Assembly (NCBI GenBank): GCA_002713205.1
Contig: PAVW01000006.1
Location: 1-32,000 of the forward strand
DNA length: 32,000 nucleotides
Direction of reading: 5' to 3'
Source of the DNA: Nitrososphaerota archaeon
GTDB taxonomy: Archaea; Thermoproteota; Nitrososphaeria; Nitrososphaerales; UBA57
In this document: piece after piece, positions 27,306-32,000 of the stretch
Position numbering within the stretch: position 1 is the stretch's first letter
Layout of the letters: every line of letters begins with the position of its first letter
Position numbers and translations under genes: made by a program
The notes under the pieces: model-generated
What the model was told of the DNA's origin: nothing
Databases searched by the model: none
The model's input: only the letters and a program-made list of their open reading frames with translations

Positions 27306-27964
27306 CAATTCTTAAAATAGCCGATATTGGAAAAATAGAATACAAGAGATCATTGGCATTACAAAAAAGATTAGTCGAAGCACGTAAAAAAAAACAGATA
27401 TGCGATACATTATTACTAGTAGAACATCCAGGAACCATAACGTTAGGAAAACAAACAAATAATTCAGATTTAGTTGATGAAAAGTTTCCTATTTTTAAGA
27501 TTGATAGAGGAGGAAGTGCAACTTACCATGGACCAGGTCAACTGATAGGATACATAATAATGGATCTAATAGGAAAAGAAATTTCAATCAGTGTATTAGT
27601 GAGAAAAATTGAAAAATGTTTGATAGATACATTAGCAGAATACAATATCGAGTCTAATATGATTACTGGAAAACCAGGTGTGTGGTATGAACAAAAAAAA
27701 ATTGCTTCAATTGGTTTAGCGGTAAAAAAATGGATTACTTATCATGGATTTTGTTTGAATATAAACACAGATCTAGAGGCATATGACGCAATTAAACCAT
27801 GTGGATTTGATAGTAAAATAATGACTTCGTTAAAGCAATTGAAAGGTAAAGAAATTTCTGAAATTGAGGTAAAAGAGAAACTAGTAAAAAATTTTACTAA
27901 GATATTCGACTATGAAGAGATTGAATATCAGTACAATTTATCGTCACAGTTAAAAATCAAATAA
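27302..27964 (+). CDS. lipB: octanoyltransferase (lipoate-protein ligase B)
   Basis: 220-aa ORF with EHPGTITLG, RGGSATYHGPGQL and a conserved Cys context (IKPCG). Its start overlaps the E2 stop (ATGA). Confidence 0.85.
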   Translation: MTILKIADIGKIEYKRSLALQKRLVEARKKKQICDTLLLVEHPGTITLGKQTNNSDLVDEKFPIFKIDRGGSATYHGPGQLIGYIIMDLIGKEISISVLVRKIEKCLIDTLAEYNIESNMITGKPGVWYEQKKIASIGLAVKKWITYHGFCLNINTDLEAYDAIKPCGFDSKIMTSLKQLKGKEISEIEVKEKLVKNFTKIFDYEEIEYQYNLSSQLKIK

Positions 27965-28832
27965 ATTCTTTCATAATTTCTTTAGACATATTACCAGTAT
28001 TATCAAGAGGTTGTTCTACCAAAGGACCATTCTTTAAGCCAGGGTCGTCATCTTCATAAGTAGCTTGATTTGCTTCATAGAATACACCAATGGGAATTTT
28101 AACATCCCATTCATGTGCTTTCTTAATTGCTGAATCTAAATTACGTGTATTGTGTTTTTCATCTTCGAGTTTATAGACTCTTTCACGAAACCATTCATAA
28201 GTCTGAATTTTATTATAAGTAACACAAGGACTAAGAACATCTACCAGTGAAAATCCCTTATGTGTAAGAGCATTTTTAGTAATCATAGCTAAATGAGATG
28301 GATCACCTGAAAAACCTCTAGAAATATAAGTTGCGCCAGAAATCAATCCCAAAGCAATTGGATTTACAGGTACTTCCAATGAACCAGTAGGTGTAGACTT
28401 TGTAAGCATTCCTTTATCAGAAGTAGGAGAGGCTTGACCAGTTGTTAAACCATAAACTTGATTATTCATTACAATATATGTAAGATCAATATTACGCCTC
28501 ATAGCATGAATGAAATGACCTAACCCTATTCCATAGCCATCACCATCACCACCAGTGGCAATAACTTTAAGATTATGGTTACCAAATCGTATTCCACTTG
28601 CTACGGGTACTGCCCTACCATGCAGACCATGAAATCCATATGAATTAATAAAACCCGTTATGTTTGAAGAACAACCAATACCAGAAACCACTACTACATC
28701 TTTAGAATTAATTTGTAATTCAGTTAATGCACTTAGCACGCCTCTAAGAACGGCAAAATCACCACAACCCGGACACCAAGTTGGAGTGGTATTTGTTTTA
28801 TAATCAGATATTTTTTTTGATTCAGTCTCCAA
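27957..28832 (-). CDS. 2-oxoacid:ferredoxin oxidoreductase, beta (ThDP/Fe-S) subunit
   Basis: 291-aa ORF with TWCPGCGDF, GIGCS and GGDGDGYGIG. TTG start directly abutting the alpha-subunit stop. Confidence 0.9.
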   Translation of the reverse strand: METESKKISDYKTNTTPTWCPGCGDFAVLRGVLSALTELQINSKDVVVVSGIGCSSNITGFINSYGFHGLHGRAVPVASGIRFGNHNLKVIATGGDGDGYGIGLGHFIHAMRRNIDLTYIVMNNQVYGLTTGQASPTSDKGMLTKSTPTGSLEVPVNPIALGLISGATYISRGFSGDPSHLAMITKNALTHKGFSLVDVLSPCVTYNKIQTYEWFRERVYKLEDEKHNTRNLDSAIKKAHEWDVKIPIGVFYEANQATYEDDDPGLKNGPLVEQPLDNTGNMSKEIMKEFI

Positions 28833-30566
28833 TTAAATAATATCCCTCACTTTATCAATAATTTCTTCGGTATAAAATGGCTCTCCATCATACTTAAATA
28901 AAGTATGATTAATTTTGAATCCGGTTTCCATAGTAATTAATTTAGATAGTTGGCCTGTGAAATTTCCTTCAATAATCAATGTGTCATTACTCGTTTCAAG
29001 AATTTTTTGAATTCCAGATTGAAAAGGTGCTAAATATTTTATATGAAGATGATTTATTGGCAAGTTTTCTTGAGAGAAAAAATGCATAGACTCTCTAATA
29101 ACATTAAAAGTTGAACCCCAACTGACTAGAGTCAATTTAGCATCATCAGTACCATATAACTTAGGAATTGGCAAATCTTTTTTTACAAAATCCATTTTTT
29201 TCATTCTTTTGTCCATTATCTTTGTTCTCATTTCAGGATCGGTAAAAACATCACTAATTACATTACCAAAATCATCATGTTCATCACTTGTAGCCTGAAA
29301 TATAGTACCAGATGTTCCAGGAAAAGCACGTGGAGAAACACCAGTGGGTGTAAATTTATATCTTCTATATGCATTGTCAGATGGTTTATGAGTAACAATT
29401 TCACCTCTATCAATAATGGCATCAAAATTAAATGAATCAACTGATTCCATGTGTTCAGAGAGAAAAAGATCAGATAGTAAGATAACAGGAAGTTGATATT
29501 TATCAGCAAGATTAAACGCCTCAATAGTTGAATAATAACAATCTTCAACAGTAGATGGTGCGATAATAACTTTAGGGAAATCTCCTTGTGATGCACCAAT
29601 AGCTTGGAATAAATCTGCTTGTTCTGTTTTGGTCGGCAATCCAGTAGATGGACCGCCTCTCATCGAATTAATTATCACTAAAGGTGTTTCTGTCTGTCCT
29701 GCAAGTCCAATAGCTTCAGTCATTAATGAAAAACCACCTCCAGATGTACCCACCATAGACCTAGCACCTGCAAAAGATGCACCAATTGCCATATTAATTA
29801 CTGAAATTTCATCTTCTGCTTGTTTAACAACCATGCCAGTTTGTATTGAATGTGCAGAGAGCCAGTGTAATATAGACGATGCAGGAGTCATAGGATATGC
29901 GGCATAAAACTTACAGCCTGCAGATATTGAACCCAATGATAATGCTTGATTCCCTGTTAAAACAGGTCTTTTATTGTCAAGATCAGTTTCTAATTTAAAA
30001 TCAAATTGTGGTAAATTTTTGTCTGCATAATCATAACCTGCTTTAGAAACTTGTAAATTAACTTCCATAGCAGTTTGTTTCTTTTTTCCAAAATAATCAC
30101 GAATAACGTTCGCCATATTTTCAAAATCTAAATCTAATAGCTTAATTAATGCACCGAGCGCAACCGTATTTTGTAAAATAGGATTACGTCCAATATCTTT
30201 AATTATCTGACCGACAGGTAGAGGACATAATATTATATTTTCGTTGATTTTATCTTTATTTGGTTTAATTTTATCACTATTATACAATATTGCACCACCA
30301 GGAACAATATCAACACAATTTCTTTCAAATTCACGCTGGTTTAAAGCAATTAAAAAATCAACTTTATTTCCATGTGTAAAAACTTTTTCATGGGATGCAC
30401 GAATTTGTAACCAAATAAAACCTCCTCGGATTACAGATTGATAGCTATTATAAGCTAATAGATGTAAACCACTTCTTGAACAAATTTTTGCAAATGCTTC
30501 ACCTGAAGAGGCTATTCCATCGCCAGCTGCTCCAGCTACACGTAATACAACCTCAGTTTTAGACAT
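28833..30566 (-). CDS. 2-oxoacid:ferredoxin oxidoreductase, alpha (fused gamma-alpha type) subunit
   Basis: 577-aa ORF. The N-terminal gamma-like domain (VAGAAGDGIASSGE) is fused to the alpha domain (AAYPMTPAS, GGGFSLM). This is the two-subunit architecture known from aerobic archaea. Confidence 0.9.
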   Translation of the reverse strand: MSKTEVVLRVAGAAGDGIASSGEAFAKICSRSGLHLLAYNSYQSVIRGGFIWLQIRASHEKVFTHGNKVDFLIALNQREFERNCVDIVPGGAILYNSDKIKPNKDKINENIILCPLPVGQIIKDIGRNPILQNTVALGALIKLLDLDFENMANVIRDYFGKKKQTAMEVNLQVSKAGYDYADKNLPQFDFKLETDLDNKRPVLTGNQALSLGSISAGCKFYAAYPMTPASSILHWLSAHSIQTGMVVKQAEDEISVINMAIGASFAGARSMVGTSGGGFSLMTEAIGLAGQTETPLVIINSMRGGPSTGLPTKTEQADLFQAIGASQGDFPKVIIAPSTVEDCYYSTIEAFNLADKYQLPVILLSDLFLSEHMESVDSFNFDAIIDRGEIVTHKPSDNAYRRYKFTPTGVSPRAFPGTSGTIFQATSDEHDDFGNVISDVFTDPEMRTKIMDKRMKKMDFVKKDLPIPKLYGTDDAKLTLVSWGSTFNVIRESMHFFSQENLPINHLHIKYLAPFQSGIQKILETSNDTLIIEGNFTGQLSKLITMETGFKINHTLFKYDGEPFYTEEIIDKVRDII

Positions 30567-30595
30567 AGATCATCAAAGATATTAAAAAAGTTATA

Positions 30596-30850
30596 TTATT
30601 TAATCTTACAAATAAAAAATTTTAATGATTTTTCGGTTTTATTGAAAAAAATTAGATCGTGTCCTGTTTTTTTAACCCAAGATTTAATATCTTCTTCGGC
30701 AACTGGATCATCAGCTAATACTTCAAGGATATCACCATCTTTCATTTCCAAAATTTTTTGACGTGTACGAAAAACCGGTTCTGGACAAAAATATCCCCTC
30801 ATATCCAAGCTAAAATCAGGTTTTATAGATTTTGATTTATCATCATCCAT
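30596..30850 (-). CDS. TusA/SirA-like sulfur-carrier protein
   Basis: 84-aa ORF with DMRGYFCPEPV (the CPxP active-site cysteine motif) and GDILEVLADDP. Confidence 0.75.
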   Translation of the reverse strand: MDDDKSKSIKPDFSLDMRGYFCPEPVFRTRQKILEMKDGDILEVLADDPVAEEDIKSWVKKTGHDLIFFNKTEKSLKFFICKIK

Positions 30851-30961
30851 ATTAGAATTGAAAGAATATGAAATAAATAGTATTTGGATTTAGGTAAAAA
30901 AAAAATATTATATTTATATCGAATATATTTTGTTTAATTAGTGTTATAACATTAATACTAA

Positions 30962-31672
30962 ATGAATATTATGGAATTCAAGCTGCCTAGAGGGATGAGG
31001 GATATAGAGCCAGCAGAATATGCTATTATCGAAGAGGTTAGAGAAGCTTTCAAACAAACATGTAAGGTTTTTAATTTTAGAATAATGGAGCCATCACCTA
31101 TAGAAATGTTATCAACATTAGAAGCTAAAGGAGACCTAGCAATCAGAGATGAAATATATTATTTCAAAGATAAAGGAGACAGAGAATTAGGATTAAGATT
31201 TGATCTAACGGTTGGTATAACAAGAAACATAACCCAAAAAAAAGGAATCGTATTACCGGTCAAAATTGGGACATTTGGAAGCATGTTCAGATATGATGAA
31301 CCTCAATATGGCAGATATAGATGGTTTCATCAATGGAATGCTGAAATTTATGGAGAAAATGAATTAGAAGCCGAAGCTGAAATTATAGATTTTACTACGT
31401 TTCTTTTTAATATATTAGGACTGAAAAATCTAATAATTAAAATAGGTGATAGAAGACTTGCAGAAGATTTCATAAGAAAAGAATTAAAAGAAAATGATTT
31501 AGAAACGGTAAAAAAATTACTGCGACTTCTAGATAAAACAAATAAAAAGAATGATAATGAAATAATTGATGAAGCGAAACAATCTGGAATATCAAGAGAG
31601 ATAATTATTAATCTTCTAGAATTTGGAAAAATAAAAGAATCGCCTGAACATTTAAAGAAAATGATAATATAA
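30962..31672 (+). CDS. hisS: histidyl-tRNA synthetase, N-terminal portion (motifs 1-2), terminated prematurely
   Basis: 236-aa ORF with LPRGMRDIEP, ELGLRFDLTV and RYDEPQYGRYRWFHQWNAEIYG. It stops at 31670-31672, before class-II motif 3. Confidence 0.85.
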   Translation: MNIMEFKLPRGMRDIEPAEYAIIEEVREAFKQTCKVFNFRIMEPSPIEMLSTLEAKGDLAIRDEIYYFKDKGDRELGLRFDLTVGITRNITQKKGIVLPVKIGTFGSMFRYDEPQYGRYRWFHQWNAEIYGENELEAEAEIIDFTTFLFNILGLKNLIIKIGDRRLAEDFIRKELKENDLETVKKLLRLLDKTNKKNDNEIIDEAKQSGISREIIINLLEFGKIKESPEHLKKMII

Positions 31673-32000
31673 AAAATAGAAGATGTCAAGATATCATAAC
31701 TCTTGTAGATCTTCTTAAAGAACGAAATATTAGAAATATTGAAATAGACTTTGGTTTAGTACGAGGTTTAGATTATTATTCTGGTGTAGTATTTGAAATA
31801 ATCAATAACGATGATCCAAATATTGGATCAATTGCAGGAGGAGGAAGATATGACAAACTGCCAGAAAATTTTGGAAGAAGTGATTTAGGTGCGGTTGGAA
31901 TTGCTGGCGGGATAGAAAGAACAATATCTGCATTAATAAAACCATCAGATATATATAATAATATTATTTATATCGCCTATACAAATTATAAATTTAAAAA
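31648..32000 (+). CDS. hisS: histidyl-tRNA synthetase, continuation in the -1 frame (partial at window end)
   Basis: Hand translation of the frame open from 31648 gives ...DIITLVDLLKERNIRNIEIDFGLVRGLDYYSGVVFEI...GSIAGGGRYDKL...GAVGIAGGIERT. These are the HisRS histidine-binding and motif-3 regions. Confidence 0.8.

Noticed and set aside
19174-30441. Shadow ORFs: 19174-19380, 21893-22081, 23659-23889, 25104-25379, 25186-25374, 25346-25582, 25792-26139, 26435-26719, 29258-29599, 29629-29907, 30244-30441
   Set aside because: All are nested in confidently assigned genes: the surface protein, HIT, ilvB, lipA/E1beta/E2 and OFOR alpha.
31348-31689. 113-aa ORF on the - strand
   Set aside because: It is antisense to the hisS N-terminal segment, with Ser/Phe/Ile-rich shadow-frame composition.

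Overview
Low-GC archaeal chromosome segment. The gene content points to archaea: sn-glycerol-1-phosphate dehydrogenase, aIF6, prefoldin alpha, Nep1, RNase P Rpr2, ribosomal protein S19e, a ~310-nt SRP RNA and a two-subunit 2-oxoacid:ferredoxin oxidoreductase. That content, together with tRNA introns at non-canonical positions, fits a Nitrosopumilales-like thaumarchaeon; this assignment is inference, no search was run. Most of the window is housekeeping: the aIF6-pfdA-ftsY cluster, argF, carAB, ilvB, hisS. No CRISPR array, integrase, transposase or recognisable defence genes were seen. RNA genes appear as GC-rich islands: one SRP RNA and four tRNA genes. All four tRNAs appear to carry introns, three of them at non-canonical positions. 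Observations worth follow-up: (1) a Val/Ile/Leu-rich 31-codon upstream ORF, a perfect 14-bp palindrome and a T7 run directly 5' of ilvB, which resembles an attenuator; (2) a translationally coupled lipA-E1beta-E2-lipB cluster with no E1alpha or E3; (3) a Tat-signal protein followed by a membrane-anchored animal-type haem peroxidase with its catalytic motifs intact; (4) a 922-aa multi-repeat surface protein placed 9 nt from a MacB-type ABC ATPase with no permease nearby; (5) hisS split between two frames, with a T_TTA_AAG heptamer and an A6 run in the overlap; (6) a perfect 30-bp tandem repeat at the window start. I cannot identify a single clear-cut novel system. The ranked items are hypotheses that need database and structure checks.
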